64,000 nucleotides of DNA from Escherichia phage moskry. The notes under the pieces were generated by a model. It was not told the origin of the DNA. It did not search any database and worked only from the letters and a program-made list of their open reading frames with translations. Of this stretch, positions 11,775-24,636 are shown in pieces. Made by a program: the position numbers and the translations under genes. The stretch lies in the sequence record MN850651.1; one strand, 5' to 3'. Numbering within the stretch: position 1 is the stretch's first letter; each line of letters starts with the position of its first letter.

Positions 11775-12599
11775 ATGATGTTTGGTTATTTTTACAACTC
11801 GTCGTTCAGGCGATATATCACAATGATGGGCGATTTGTTTTCAAATATCCAAGTTAACCGTCAATTGTCTACAGGCAATAAATTAATTAGAGTTCCTATT
11901 ACGTATGCATCTAAAGAGCACTTTATGATGAAACTTAATAAATGGACCTCTATAAACTCACAAGAAGATGTGGCTAAAGTCGAAACTATTCTACCACGTA
12001 TAAATCTCCAAATGGTAGATTTCGTTTATAACCCAACGTTTAAAACGAATATATTGAATAACTCTCTTTTGAGTAAATCGACTAAGGATATTGTAGACCA
12101 ATACAACCCATCACCAATTAAAATGATTTTTGAACTGAGCATCTTTACTCGTTATGAAGATGATATGTTCCAAATCGTTGAGCAAATTATTCCATATTTT
12201 CAGCCGCATTTTAATACGACTATGATTGAGCAATATGGGCAGGATATTCCATTTGAAAGGGATATTAAAGTCGTATGGATGGCAGCAGCAATGGATGAAC
12301 AAATAGACGGTGATAATTTATCCCGTCGACGTTTAGAGTGGTCATTAACATTTGAAGTAAATGGATGGATGTATCCTCCGGTAGGCGCAGCTGAAGGCCT
12401 TATTAAAACGACTTATCTTGATTTTCATGCTAATGAACGAGACCTTCAAACAGCCGCCAGTGTTTTTGAATCAGTTGATACAGAAATTAAACCGAGAGAC
12501 GTTGAAGCACAAGATTGGAATGGCGAAGTTGAACAAACTTATACTCATGATATTCCAATCCCGACTCCACCAACCCCTCCTGGTCCTAGAAAACAATAA
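11775..12599 (+). CDS. 15: Tail sheath stabiliser / tail completion protein gp15
   Basis: 274 aa; MFGYFYNSSFRRY matches T4 gp15; true start may be the second ATG at 11778. Confidence 0.85.
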   Translation: MMFGYFYNSSFRRYITMMGDLFSNIQVNRQLSTGNKLIRVPITYASKEHFMMKLNKWTSINSQEDVAKVETILPRINLQMVDFVYNPTFKTNILNNSLLSKSTKDIVDQYNPSPIKMIFELSIFTRYEDDMFQIVEQIIPYFQPHFNTTMIEQYGQDIPFERDIKVVWMAAAMDEQIDGDNLSRRRLEWSLTFEVNGWMYPPVGAAEGLIKTTYLDFHANERDLQTAASVFESVDTEIKPRDVEAQDWNGEVEQTYTHDIPIPTPPTPPGPRKQ

Positions 12600-14925
<2,326 letters not shown>

Positions 14926-14952
14926 AAATAAAGCAAATTAAGAGGAATTAAA

Positions 14953-16935
14953 ATGGCACTTCTCTCTCCGGGCGTTGAGCTCAAAGAAACTACCGTACAG
15001 AGTACTGTAGTTAATAACTCCACTGGTACTGCTGCCCTGGCTGGAAAATTCCAATGGGGACCTGCATTCCAGATTAAACAAATCACTGATGAAGTTGCAT
15101 TAGTTGATATGTTTGGTACTCCTAATACGGATACAGCAGATTATTTCATGTCTGCTATGAACTTCCTTCAATATGGTAATGACCTTCGTGTTGTACGCGC
15201 AGTTGATCGTGATACTGCTAAGAACTCATCTCCTGTAGCAGGCAATATTGAATTCACAATCTCTGCTACTGGTAGTAACTATGCAGTTGGTGATAAAATT
15301 ATCGTTAAGTATTTGACCGAAACTGTTGAAGCAGATGGTTATGTCACTTCAGTTGATGTCGATGGTAAAATTCTTAACATTTATATCCCAACCGGTAAAA
15401 TTATTGCTCGTGCAAAAGAAATTAATGAATATCCGGCATTGGGTTCTAACTGGACCGCCGAAGTTGCCAGTTCTTCTTCTGGTCTCTCTGGCGTTATTAC
15501 AATTGGTTCTATCGTAACCGATTCGGGTATTCTGTTAACTGAAGTTGAAACTTCTGAAGAAGCTATTACTTCTCTAACTTTCCAAGAATCTATTAAAAAA
15601 TATGGTGTCCCAGGCGTAGTTGCTCTTTATCCTGGTGAACTTGGCGACCAGCTCGAAATTGAAATCGTATCTAAAGCAGACTATGACAAAGGTGCTTCAG
15701 CCCAGTTAAAAATTTATCCTGATGGTGGTACTCGTGCATCTACTGCTAAAGCAATCTTTGGGTATGGCCCACAAACTGATGACCAATATGCAATTATCGT
15801 TCGTCGTAACGATGCTGTAGTTCAGAGCGTAGTTCTTTCTACTAAACGTGGTGAACGCGATATTTATGGTAGTAATATCTTTATTGATGATTTCTTTGCT
15901 AAAGGCGCAAGCAATTATATTTTCGCTACTGCACAAGGTTGGCCAAAAGGTTTCTCTGGCGTAATCAAACTGGGTGGTGGCTTATCATCTAATGAAACGG
16001 TTGACGCTGGTGATTTAATGGAAGCTTGGGATTTGTTTGCTGACCGTGAATCTGTTAATGCGCAGTTGTTTATTGCCGGTTCTTGTGCAGGTGAATCTTT
16101 AGAAGTTGCTTCTACAGTTCAGAAACATGTTGTAGCAATTGGTGATTCTCGCCAAGATTGCTTGGTTCTTTGCTCACCGCCACGTGCAACTATAGTCGGT
16201 ATTCCTGTTAATCGTGCAGTTGATAATCTGGTTGATTGGCGTACTGCGTCAGGAACTTACACCGATAATAACTTTAATGTAAGTTCTACTTATGCCGCTA
16301 TTGACGGTAACTATAAATATCAATATGACAAATATAATGATGTGAATCGTTGGGTTCCATTAGCCGCTGATATCGCTGGACTTTGTGCTCGTACAGACAA
16401 TATTTCTCAGCCTTGGATGTCTCCAGCCGGTTATAACCGTGGACAAATTCTTAACGTTATTAAGCTTGCAATTGAAACTCGCCAAGCACAACGTGATCGT
16501 TTGTATCAGGAAGCTATTAACCCTGTTACTGGTACCGGTGGTGATGGATATGTTCTGTACGGTGATAAAACTGCCACTTCTGTTCCTTCGCCATTTGACC
16601 GTATTAACGTACGTCGTTTGTTTAACATGGTTAAAACGAACATTGGTTCAGCATCTAAATATCGCCTGTTTGAATTGAACAACGCATTTACCCGTTCTTC
16701 TTTCCGTACAGAGACTTCTCAATATCTACAGGGTATTAAAGCTCTCGGTGGTGTATATAACTTTAAAGTTGTTTGTGATACTACCAATAACACTCCAGCA
16801 GTTATCGACCGTAATGAATTTGTAGCTACTTTCTACTTACAACCTGCCCGCTCGATAAATTATATTACGTTGAACTTTGTAGCAACAGCAACTGGTGCCG
16901 ATTTCGACGAACTAATTGGTGCTGTAGGTGGTTAA
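14953..16935 (+). CDS. 18: Tail sheath protein gp18
   Basis: 660 aa (T4 659 aa); late promoter overlapping the gp17 stop. Confidence 0.95.
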   Translation: MALLSPGVELKETTVQSTVVNNSTGTAALAGKFQWGPAFQIKQITDEVALVDMFGTPNTDTADYFMSAMNFLQYGNDLRVVRAVDRDTAKNSSPVAGNIEFTISATGSNYAVGDKIIVKYLTETVEADGYVTSVDVDGKILNIYIPTGKIIARAKEINEYPALGSNWTAEVASSSSGLSGVITIGSIVTDSGILLTEVETSEEAITSLTFQESIKKYGVPGVVALYPGELGDQLEIEIVSKADYDKGASAQLKIYPDGGTRASTAKAIFGYGPQTDDQYAIIVRRNDAVVQSVVLSTKRGERDIYGSNIFIDDFFAKGASNYIFATAQGWPKGFSGVIKLGGGLSSNETVDAGDLMEAWDLFADRESVNAQLFIAGSCAGESLEVASTVQKHVVAIGDSRQDCLVLCSPPRATIVGIPVNRAVDNLVDWRTASGTYTDNNFNVSSTYAAIDGNYKYQYDKYNDVNRWVPLAADIAGLCARTDNISQPWMSPAGYNRGQILNVIKLAIETRQAQRDRLYQEAINPVTGTGGDGYVLYGDKTATSVPSPFDRINVRRLFNMVKTNIGSASKYRLFELNNAFTRSSFRTETSQYLQGIKALGGVYNFKVVCDTTNNTPAVIDRNEFVATFYLQPARSINYITLNFVATATGADFDELIGAVGG

Positions 16936-16967
16936 TAAGACGCCTGATGGGCTATTTCGGTAGCCCA

Positions 16968-16975
16968 TATAAATA
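16968..16975 (+). promoter_or_regulatory. Late promoter TATAAATA for gene 19
   Basis: Exact match directly after the gp18 hairpin. Confidence 0.65.
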
Positions 16976-17047
16976 TACTATATCGTTTAAAAATTAATTC
17001 TATGGGCATCCGGTTAATCCTAGGCCCATATTACTACAGAGGCTAAT

Positions 17048-17539
17048 ATGTTTGTAGATGACGTAACTCGTGCCTTCGAATCTGGTGATTTCGCTCGCCC
17101 TAACCTGTTCGAAGTAGAAATCTCTTATCTTGGGCAAAACTTTAGCTTCCAGTGTCGTGCTACGGCTCTTCCTGCTGCGATAGTTGAAAAGGTTCCTGTT
17201 TCTTATATGAACCGTAAAATTAACGTGGCTGGTGATCGTACATTCGATGATTGGACTATTACAGTAATGAACGATGATGCTCATAGCATTCGTCAGAAAT
17301 TTGTTGATTGGCAAGGTATTGCAGCAGGACAAGGTAATGAAATTACCGGTGGTAAACCTGCTGAATATAAAAAGTCTGCTATCGTTCGTCAATTTGCTCG
17401 TGATGCTAAAACGGTCACTAAAGAAGTTGAAATTGTCGGCTTGTGGCCTACTAACGTTGGTGAAGTATCTCTTGATTGGGATTCTAATAACGAGATTGAA
17501 ACGTTCGAAGTAACTCTTGCTCTTGATTGGTGGGAATAA
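17048..17539 (+). CDS. 19: Tail tube protein gp19
   Basis: 163 aa as in T4; late promoter upstream. Confidence 0.9.
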   Translation: MFVDDVTRAFESGDFARPNLFEVEISYLGQNFSFQCRATALPAAIVEKVPVSYMNRKINVAGDRTFDDWTITVMNDDAHSIRQKFVDWQGIAAGQGNEITGGKPAEYKKSAIVRQFARDAKTVTKEVEIVGLWPTNVGEVSLDWDSNNEIETFEVTLALDWWE

Positions 17540-17587
17540 TCTGGTTGGGGAGAAATCCCCAGCTTCCCGTGATGACGGAGAAGTCCA

Positions 17588-17595
17588 TATAAATA
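17588..17595 (+). promoter_or_regulatory. Late promoter TATAAATA for gene 20
   Basis: Exact match about 30 nt upstream of the gp20 ATG. Confidence 0.7.
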
Positions 17596-17623
17596 TAACT
17601 ATAATTCCCATTCGGAGAATACA

Positions 17624-19195
17624 ATGAAATTTAATATCTTAAGTTTGTTTGCTCCATGGGCAAAAATGGACGAACGTGATTACAAAGACCAAGAAAAAGA
17701 AAATTTAGAATCTATCACCACACCAAAATTAGACGACGGCGCTAAAGAATACGAAGTATCTGAAAATGAAGCACAGCAAACATATAATGCTATGTTTCAG
17801 AGAATGTTTGGTAGTCAAGAACCAGGGCTCAAATCAACCCGTGAATTAATCGATACGTATCGAAATTTGATGACGAACTATGAAGTGGATAACGCGGTCT
17901 CTGAAATAGTTTCTGATGCTATCGTGTATGAAGATGATACAGAAGTCGTTTCTATAAATTTAGACAACACAAAATTTAGTCCAAATATAAAATCAATGAT
18001 GTTGGATGAATTTAACGAAGTGTTGAATCATTTATCTTTCCAACGTAAAGGTTCAGACCATTTTAGGCGTTGGTATGTAGATTCTCGAATTTTCTTCCAT
18101 AAAATTATTGACCCTAAACGCCCTAAAGAAGGTATTAAAGAGCTTCGTCGTTTAGACCCACGTCAAGTTCAATATGTCCGTGAAGTTATTACAACCACTG
18201 AAGCCGGTGTTAAAATAGTCAAGGGTTATAAAGAATATTTCATTTATGACACATCACACGAATCTTATGCTTGTGATGGTCGCATATATGAAGCTGGCAC
18301 AAAAATAAAAATCCCTAAAGCCGCGATTGTTTACGCCCATTCTGGTTTAGTTGATTGTTGTGGTAAAAATATCATCGGTTATTTGCATCGGGCTATTAAG
18401 CCAGCGAACCAATTAAAACTTCTTGAAGATGCTGTCGTAATTTATCGTATTACTCGTGCTCCCGATCGTCGTGTATGGTACGTTGATACAGGTAATATGC
18501 CTTCAAGAAAAGCAGCAGAACATATGCAACATGTTATGAATACGATGAAAAACCGTATTGCATATGATGCTACTACAGGCAAGATTAAAAACCAGCAGCA
18601 TATTATGTCGATGACCGAAGATTATTGGTTACAACGACGTGATGGTAAAGCAGTAACAGAAGTTGATACATTACCAGGCGCAGATAATACCGGAAATATG
18701 GAAGATGTACGTTGGTTCCGTAATGCGCTTTATATGGCTTTACGTATTCCTATTACCCGTATTCCAAGTGACCAAGGTGGTATACAGTTTGATGCTGGTA
18801 CTTCTATTACACGAGATGAATTGTCATTTGGTAAATTTATTCGTGAGCTGCAACATAAATTTGAAGAGATATTCCTAGACCCGCTTAAAACCAATTTAAT
18901 TCTTAAAGGAATTATTACAGAAGATGAGTGGAATGATGAAATAAATAATATTAAGATAAAATTTCATCGGGATAGTTATTTCTCGGAATTAAAGGATGCT
19001 GAGATTCTGGAGCGTCGCATTAATATGCTTCAGATGGCCGAACCATTTATTGGTAAATATATTTCTCACAGAACAGCTATGAAAGATATTCTTCAGATGT
19101 CTGACGAGGAAATTGAACAAGAGGCTAAGCAAATTGAAGAAGAGTCGAAAGAGGCTCGTTTCCAAGACCCCGACCAAGAACAAGAGGATTTTTAA
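17624..19195 (+). CDS. 20: Portal vertex protein gp20
   Basis: 523 aa (T4 524 aa); late promoter upstream. Confidence 0.9.
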   Translation: MKFNILSLFAPWAKMDERDYKDQEKENLESITTPKLDDGAKEYEVSENEAQQTYNAMFQRMFGSQEPGLKSTRELIDTYRNLMTNYEVDNAVSEIVSDAIVYEDDTEVVSINLDNTKFSPNIKSMMLDEFNEVLNHLSFQRKGSDHFRRWYVDSRIFFHKIIDPKRPKEGIKELRRLDPRQVQYVREVITTTEAGVKIVKGYKEYFIYDTSHESYACDGRIYEAGTKIKIPKAAIVYAHSGLVDCCGKNIIGYLHRAIKPANQLKLLEDAVVIYRITRAPDRRVWYVDTGNMPSRKAAEHMQHVMNTMKNRIAYDATTGKIKNQQHIMSMTEDYWLQRRDGKAVTEVDTLPGADNTGNMEDVRWFRNALYMALRIPITRIPSDQGGIQFDAGTSITRDELSFGKFIRELQHKFEEIFLDPLKTNLILKGIITEDEWNDEINNIKIKFHRDSYFSELKDAEILERRINMLQMAEPFIGKYISHRTAMKDILQMSDEEIEQEAKQIEEESKEARFQDPDQEQEDF

Positions 19196-19431
19196 TGGAC
19201 GATTTAATTCAAGCTATTAAATCAAACGACCTCGTTGCTACTCGAAAGTTTTTTGAAAGTGCAATGGCAGAAAAAACGGTTCGTTTGATTGAAGCACGCA
19301 AAGCAGAAATCGCTTCTCAATTTTTGATTGAAGGCGAAGAACCTGAAGAAGAAAAGAAAGCTAAAGCTTCGGAAGACGACGCTGATGAAGGCGATGACGA
19401 CGAAGACGAAGATGATGAGGACGATGAATAA
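19195..19431 (+). CDS. 67: Prohead core protein gp67
   Basis: 78 aa with acidic C-terminal tail; position after the portal gene. Confidence 0.75.
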   Translation: MDDLIQAIKSNDLVATRKFFESAMAEKTVRLIEARKAEIASQFLIEGEEPEEEKKAKASEDDADEGDDDEDEDDEDDE

Positions 19432-19856
19432 TGTATCTTATCCCTGAATCTTATGAATTGGTACTCGAAAATGTCGAAGCACTTATTCCTGAAGCACAGG
19501 GCCGAATCGATGCATTGTCTTCTGCTCTCGATATTGACGATATAAATACTATTATCGAGAACATGCTTGAAACTGAAACGGATTTAGCTGTTGCAATGGC
19601 TTCCATTATTAATGAAGAACAGTTAAATGAGTTTATTGTTAAACATGTTTCTTCTCGTGGTGAAGTCACCCGCACTAAAGACCGTAAAACTCGTGAACGT
19701 AATGCGTTCCAAACCACTGGTCTTTCTAAAGCAAAACGTAGACAAATCGCTCGTAAGGTCGTTAAAGCTAAAAAAGCTAACCCTTCAGGCCAAGTTAAAG
19801 GCTTGCGTAAGCGTAAAAAGGCTCTTAAACGTCGTAAAGCATTAGGATTAAGCTAA
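19431..19856 (+). CDS. 68: Prohead core protein gp68
   Basis: 141 aa as in T4; synteny. Confidence 0.75.
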   Translation: MYLIPESYELVLENVEALIPEAQGRIDALSSALDIDDINTIIENMLETETDLAVAMASIINEEQLNEFIVKHVSSRGEVTRTKDRKTRERNAFQTTGLSKAKRRQIARKVVKAKKANPSGQVKGLRKRKKALKRRKALGLS

Positions 19857-20497
19857 TGAATAAACCCGAGTTACTTATTGAAACTTGGGGTCAACCCGGT
19901 GAGATTATTGATGGCGTTCCAATGTTGGAATCTCATGATGGAAAAGATTCTGGCTTAAAACCAGGGCTTTATATAGAAGGTATTTTTCTTCAGGCAGAGG
20001 TTGTTAACCGAAATAAACGTTTATATCCTAAACGCGTTTTGGAAAAAGCAGTAAGTGACTATATTAAAGAACAAGTCGCAACCAAACAAGCCCTTGGAGA
20101 ATTAAACCATCCACCTCGTGCAAATGTTGACCCTATGCAAGCCGCTATCATTATTGAAGATATGTGGTGGAAAGGAAACGATGTATATGGACGTGCTAGA
20201 ATTATTGAAGGCGACCATGGTCCCGGCGATAAATTAGCTGCTAATATACGAGCTGGTTGGATTCCAGGTGTTTCCTCTCGTGGTCTTGGTTCTTTAACCG
20301 ACACCAATAAAGGGTACCGTATCGTGAACGAAGGATTTAAATTAACCGTCGGCGTAGATGCCGTATGGGGACCTTCTGCTCCAGATGCTTGGGTTACTCC
20401 TAAACAAATATCAGAATCAGAAAATTCGGTGGAAATCACCAAAAACAGTGCTGACGAAGCATTTAAAGCTCTCGCAGAGAGTTTAAAAGCATTATAA
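19856..20497 (+). CDS. 21: Prohead core protease gp21
   Basis: 213 aa (T4 212 aa); synteny. Confidence 0.85.
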   Translation: MNKPELLIETWGQPGEIIDGVPMLESHDGKDSGLKPGLYIEGIFLQAEVVNRNKRLYPKRVLEKAVSDYIKEQVATKQALGELNHPPRANVDPMQAAIIIEDMWWKGNDVYGRARIIEGDHGPGDKLAANIRAGWIPGVSSRGLGSLTDTNKGYRIVNEGFKLTVGVDAVWGPSAPDAWVTPKQISESENSVEITKNSADEAFKALAESLKAL

Positions 20498-20500
20498 ATA
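20493..20500 (+). promoter_or_regulatory. Late promoter TATAAATA for gene 22
   Basis: Exact match overlapping the gp21 stop codon. Confidence 0.7.
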
Positions 20501-20530
20501 ATAATGTAATCTAAACCACAGGACACTAAA

Positions 20531-21343
20531 ATGATCAAAGAACAACTTTTGAAAGAAGCTCAGAACATCGAGACTTCAGTTGCTCTTAATAGTGTTTTCG
20601 AATCAGTAGAACTGTCTCCGGACGTTAAAGCTAATTTCAGCACTGTATTCGAAGCCACCGTTAAGCAGGAAGCAGTCAAACTGGCTGAATCTCATATCAA
20701 AGCCATCGCCGAAAAGGCCGAAGAAGAAGTTGAAAAGGCTAAAGAAGATGCTGAAGAGAAAGCTGATAAAAAATTGGCTGAACAAGCTTCTAAATTCCTA
20801 GACCATCTTGCAAAAGAATGGCTCGCAGAAAACCAAATCGCAGTTGATAAAGGCATTAAAGCTGATTTGTTCGAATCCATGCTTGGTGGTCTGAAAGAAC
20901 TGTTTGTTGAACATAACGTTGTTGTTCCAGAAGAATCCGTAGATGTTGTAGCAGAAATGGAAGAAGAGCTGGCCGAACATAAAGAAGAAACCGCTCGTTT
21001 GTTCGAAGAAGTTACCAAACGTGATGCATATATCAATTACGTTCAGCGTGAAACCGCTATTAATGAAAGCGTAAAAGACCTGACTGAATCTCAGAAAGAA
21101 AAAGTTATTGGCCTGGTTGAAGGTATGGATTATTCTGACGCATTTGGTACTAAGTTAACTGCTATTGTAGAAATGGTTAAAGGTTCTACTAAAGAAGAAG
21201 CCGCTATTACCGAAAGTATAAATACAGTTGACAATGACGCTGCCGGTCTTAATTTTGTTGCCGAAGCAGTTGACACTACCACAACTCAGGTAGAACAGAA
21301 TTCTAATGTAAGTTTATATGCGAAAGTCGCATCTCGTTTCTAA
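20531..21343 (+). CDS. 22: Prohead core scaffold protein gp22
   Basis: 270 aa, acidic coiled-coil-like; late promoter overlapping the gp21 stop. Confidence 0.85.
   Translation: MIKEQLLKEAQNIETSVALNSVFESVELSPDVKANFSTVFEATVKQEAVKLAESHIKAIAEKAEEEVEKAKEDAEEKADKKLAEQASKFLDHLAKEWLAENQIAVDKGIKADLFESMLGGLKELFVEHNVVVPEESVDVVAEMEEELAEHKEETARLFEEVTKRDAYINYVQRETAINESVKDLTESQKEKVIGLVEGMDYSDAFGTKLTAIVEMVKGSTKEEAAITESINTVDNDAAGLNFVAEAVDTTTTQVEQNSNVSLYAKVASRF
21217..21224 (+). promoter_or_regulatory. Candidate late promoter for gene 23, inside the gene 22 3' region
   Basis: Exact TATAAATA about 137 nt upstream of the gp23 ATG; none closer. Confidence 0.35.
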
Positions 21344-21360
21344 TTTAAAGGTTAACACAA

Positions 21361-22929
21361 ATGACTACTATCAAAACTAAAGCTCAGCTCGTAGACAAAT
21401 GGAAAGAACTGCTGGAAGGTGAAGGCCTGCCGGAAATCGCTAATAGCAAGCAGGCTATTATCGCTAAAATCTTCGAAAACCAGGAAAAAGATTTCGAAGT
21501 ATCCCCTGAATATAAAGACGAGAAAATCGCTCAGGCATTTGGTTCTTTCTTGACCGAAGCTGAAATTGGTGGTGACCATGGTTATAATGCTCAGAACATC
21601 GCAGCAGGTCAAACCTCTGGTGCAGTAACCCAAATTGGGCCGGCAGTTATGGGTATGGTTCGTCGTGCTATTCCTAATCTGATTGCTTTTGATATTTGTG
21701 GTGTTCAGCCTATGAACAGCCCGACCGGTCAGGTATTTGCTCTCCGTGCAGTATATGGTAAAGACCCTATCGCTGCTGGCGCTAAAGAAGCTTTCCATCC
21801 GATGTATGCCCCAGACGCGATGTTCTCTGGTCAGGGTGCTGCTAAGAAATTCCCAGCTCTGGCTGCTGACACTACTACTGTTGTAGGTGATATCTATACT
21901 CACTTCTTCCAAGAAACTGGTACCGTATATCTGCAAGCTTCTGCTATCGTAACACTTGATTCTAGTGCAACTGATGCAGCTAAATTAGATGCAGAAGTTA
22001 AGAAACAAATGGAAGCTGGTGCACTGGTAGAAATCGCTGAAGGTATGGCTACTTCTATCGCTGAACTTCAGGAAGGTTTCAACGGTTCTACCGATAACCC
22101 ATGGAATGAAATGGGCTTCCGTATCGATAAACAAGTTATCGAAGCTAAATCTCGTCAGCTGAAAGCTGCTTACTCTATCGAATTAGCACAAGACCTCCGT
22201 GCAGTACACGGTATGGATGCTGATGCTGAACTGAGCGGTATTCTGGCTACAGAAATTATGCTAGAAATCAACCGTGAAGTTGTTGATTGGATTAACTACT
22301 CTGCACAGGTTGGTAAATCTGGTATGACCCTGACTCCGGGTTCTAAAGCTGGCGTATTTGACTTCCAGGACCCGATTGATATCCGTGGTGCTCGTTGGGC
22401 CGGTGAAAGCTTTAAATCTCTGTTGTTCCAGATTGATAAAGAAGCAGTTGAAATTGCTCGTCAAACCGGTCGTGGTGAAGGTAACTTCATTATCGCTTCC
22501 CGTAACGTAGTTAACGTACTGGCTTCAGTTGATACTGGTATTTCTTACGCTGCGCAGGGTCTGGCTTCTGGTTTTAATACCGACACTACTAAGTCTGTAT
22601 TTGCCGGTGTACTTGGTGGTAAATACCGCGTATACATCGACCAGTATGCTAAACAGGATTACTTCACCGTTGGTTACAAAGGCGCTAACGAAATGGATGC
22701 AGGTATTTACTATGCTCCTTACGTTGCACTTACCCCGCTGCGTGGTTCCGATCCTAAGAACTTCCAGCCGGTAATGGGCTTCAAAACTCGTTACGGTATC
22801 GGTGTTAACCCGTTTGCTGAAAGTTCCCTGCAGGCTCCAGGTGCTCGCATCCAGTCCGGTATGCCGTCTATCCTGAACAGCCTTGGTAAGAACGCTTACT
22901 TCCGCCGTGTATATGTAAAAGGCATCTAA
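21361..22929 (+). CDS. 23: Major capsid protein gp23
   Basis: 522 aa; near-identical to T4 gp23 along its length. Confidence 0.97.
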   Translation: MTTIKTKAQLVDKWKELLEGEGLPEIANSKQAIIAKIFENQEKDFEVSPEYKDEKIAQAFGSFLTEAEIGGDHGYNAQNIAAGQTSGAVTQIGPAVMGMVRRAIPNLIAFDICGVQPMNSPTGQVFALRAVYGKDPIAAGAKEAFHPMYAPDAMFSGQGAAKKFPALAADTTTVVGDIYTHFFQETGTVYLQASAIVTLDSSATDAAKLDAEVKKQMEAGALVEIAEGMATSIAELQEGFNGSTDNPWNEMGFRIDKQVIEAKSRQLKAAYSIELAQDLRAVHGMDADAELSGILATEIMLEINREVVDWINYSAQVGKSGMTLTPGSKAGVFDFQDPIDIRGARWAGESFKSLLFQIDKEAVEIARQTGRGEGNFIIASRNVVNVLASVDTGISYAAQGLASGFNTDTTKSVFAGVLGGKYRVYIDQYAKQDYFTVGYKGANEMDAGIYYAPYVALTPLRGSDPKNFQPVMGFKTRYGIGVNPFAESSLQAPGARIQSGMPSILNSLGKNAYFRRVYVKGI

Positions 22930-22953
22930 TCTTAATTGATTAAATCTTATTTT

Positions 22954-22980
22954 GGGAGACTTCGGTCTCCCATTTTTGGT
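22954..22980 (+). terminator. Intrinsic terminator after gene 23
   Basis: Hairpin GGGAGACuucgGUCUCCC followed by a T-run. Confidence 0.7.
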
Positions 22981-22981
22981 T

Positions 22982-23251
22982 TTATTTCTGTGCAATTTTG
23001 ATGTAAGTTTTCAAAATATTTTGCCAATTAGGCATACCTTCTTGGATATATGCTGGAGAACCGTCTTTGTTTTTGAATGATGCAAGTTTATCAGTGGCCC
23101 AATAACCTTTAGCTCGAGCTTCAGAATCAACTTTCATCCATACTTTGTTGAAGGCATTACCATTAACTTTTGCACCATATTTTTCTACTAACTTAACTGC
23201 TTCAGCTTCCAGAACTTTTAAAGTATCTCGTAAGAAACGTGCTTTAGTCAT
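22982..23251 (-). CDS. Hypothetical 89-aa protein, antisense to the late cluster, at the position of T4 segD
   Basis: RBS GAGGAG 7 nt upstream of ATG; own early-type promoter at 23282-23311; no recognisable motif. Confidence 0.5.
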   Translation of the reverse strand: MTKARFLRDTLKVLEAEAVKLVEKYGAKVNGNAFNKVWMKVDSEARAKGYWATDKLASFKNKDGSPAYIQEGMPNWQNILKTYIKIAQK

Positions 23252-23281
23252 TTTGTTTACTCCTCTGTAGTTGATAAGTCT

Positions 23282-23311
23282 ATAGTATCATATACCAAAT
23301 ACGTTGTAAAC
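23282..23311 (-). promoter_or_regulatory. Early sigma70-type promoter for the 89-aa ORF
   Basis: -35 GTTTAC, 18-nt spacer, -10 TACTAT. Confidence 0.55.
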
Positions 23312-23317
23312 AATCTT

Positions 23318-23325
23318 TATAAATA
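23318..23325 (+). promoter_or_regulatory. Late promoter TATAAATA for gene 24
   Basis: Exact match about 28 nt upstream of the gp24 ATG; abuts the divergent early promoter. Confidence 0.7.
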
Positions 23326-23352
23326 ATCTATATCACATAAGGAAAAAATGCA

Positions 23353-24636
23353 ATGAGTAAAATCCAAAAATTATTGCGTGAATCTACAACGTCTACTAGC
23401 AACTCAATTGGTCGCCCAAATCTCGTTGCTTTGACTCGCGCTACGACTAAATTAATATATTCTGACATTGTAGCAACACAAAGAACTAATCAACCTGTTG
23501 CTGCTTTTTATGGTATCAAATATCTTAACCCAGATAACGAATTCACATTTAAAACTGGCGCTACTTATGCGGGTGAAGCTGGATACGTAGACCGAGAAAA
23601 AATTACTGAGCTCACAGAAGAATCAAAAGTCACACTAAATAAAGGCGATTTTTTCAAATATAATAATATCGTCTATAAAGTGTTAGAAGATACACCATTT
23701 GCAGATATTCAAGAAAGTGATCTAGAATTAGCTCTTCAGATTGCAGTCGTTCATTTAAAGGTACGGTTATTTTCAGATGCAGCGGTAACAAGCAAATTTG
23801 AAAGCTCTGATAGCGAAATTTCTGATGCAAGATTCCAGATTAATAAATGGCAAACTTCAGTCAAATCTCGTAAACTTAAAACTGGTCTCACGGTTGAATT
23901 AGCGCAAGATTTGGAAGCGAATGGATTTGATGCCCCTAACTTCTTAGAAGATTTGCTTGCTACTGAAATGGCAGATGAAATTAATAAAGATATTCTTCAG
24001 TCTTTAATTACTGTATCGAAACGTTATAAAGTTACTGGAATTACTGACACTGGATTTATTGACTTGAGCTATGCGTCAGCTCCAGAAGCAGGTCGTTCAT
24101 TATATCGAATGGTGTGTGAAATGGTATCACACATTCAAAAAGAGACAACTTATACTGCAACGTTTTGTGTAGCCTCAGCTCGTGCAGCTGCTATTCTTGC
24201 TGCTTCTGGTTGGTTAAAACATAAGCCAGAAGATGACAAGTATCTTTCACAAAATGCTTATGGATTCTTGGCAAATGGATTACCTCTTTACTGCGATACC
24301 AACAGCCCGTTAGATTATGTTATTGTGGGTGTTGTAGAAAATCTCGGCGAAAAAGAAATTGTAGGGTCCATCTTTTATGCTCCATACACTGAAGGAGTAG
24401 ATTTAGATGACCCAGAACATGTCGGTGCTTTTAAAGTTGTAGTTGATCCAGAAAGCTTGCAACCGTCTATCGGATTATTGGTTAGATATGCTTTATCAGC
24501 AAATCCTTACACAGTAGCAAAAGACGAAAAAGAAGCGAGAATAATTGATGGTGGGGACATGGATAAAATGGCAGGACGTTCAGACTTGTCTGTTTTACTC
24601 GGTGTTAAATTGCCTAAAATTATTATAGATGAATAA
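23353..24636 (+). CDS. 24: Capsid vertex protein gp24
   Basis: 427 aa as in T4; gp23 paralogue; late promoter upstream. Confidence 0.9.
   Translation: MSKIQKLLRESTTSTSNSIGRPNLVALTRATTKLIYSDIVATQRTNQPVAAFYGIKYLNPDNEFTFKTGATYAGEAGYVDREKITELTEESKVTLNKGDFFKYNNIVYKVLEDTPFADIQESDLELALQIAVVHLKVRLFSDAAVTSKFESSDSEISDARFQINKWQTSVKSRKLKTGLTVELAQDLEANGFDAPNFLEDLLATEMADEINKDILQSLITVSKRYKVTGITDTGFIDLSYASAPEAGRSLYRMVCEMVSHIQKETTYTATFCVASARAAAILAASGWLKHKPEDDKYLSQNAYGFLANGLPLYCDTNSPLDYVIVGVVENLGEKEIVGSIFYAPYTEGVDLDDPEHVGAFKVVVDPESLQPSIGLLVRYALSANPYTVAKDEKEARIIDGGDMDKMAGRSDLSVLLGVKLPKIIIDE

Noticed and set aside
17000-17611. 203-aa - strand ORF antisense to gene 19, and similar antisense ORFs inside structural genes (for example 20692-21036, 22525-22995, 36657-36986, 35314-35643)
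   Set aside because: They lie wholly inside strongly supported CDS on the other strand, have no RBS or promoter, and have low-complexity composition typical of antisense frames
19370-19431. GA-rich low-complexity stretch (GAAGACGA...GATGAT)
   Set aside because: It encodes the acidic Asp/Glu C-terminal tail of gp67, not a repeat element
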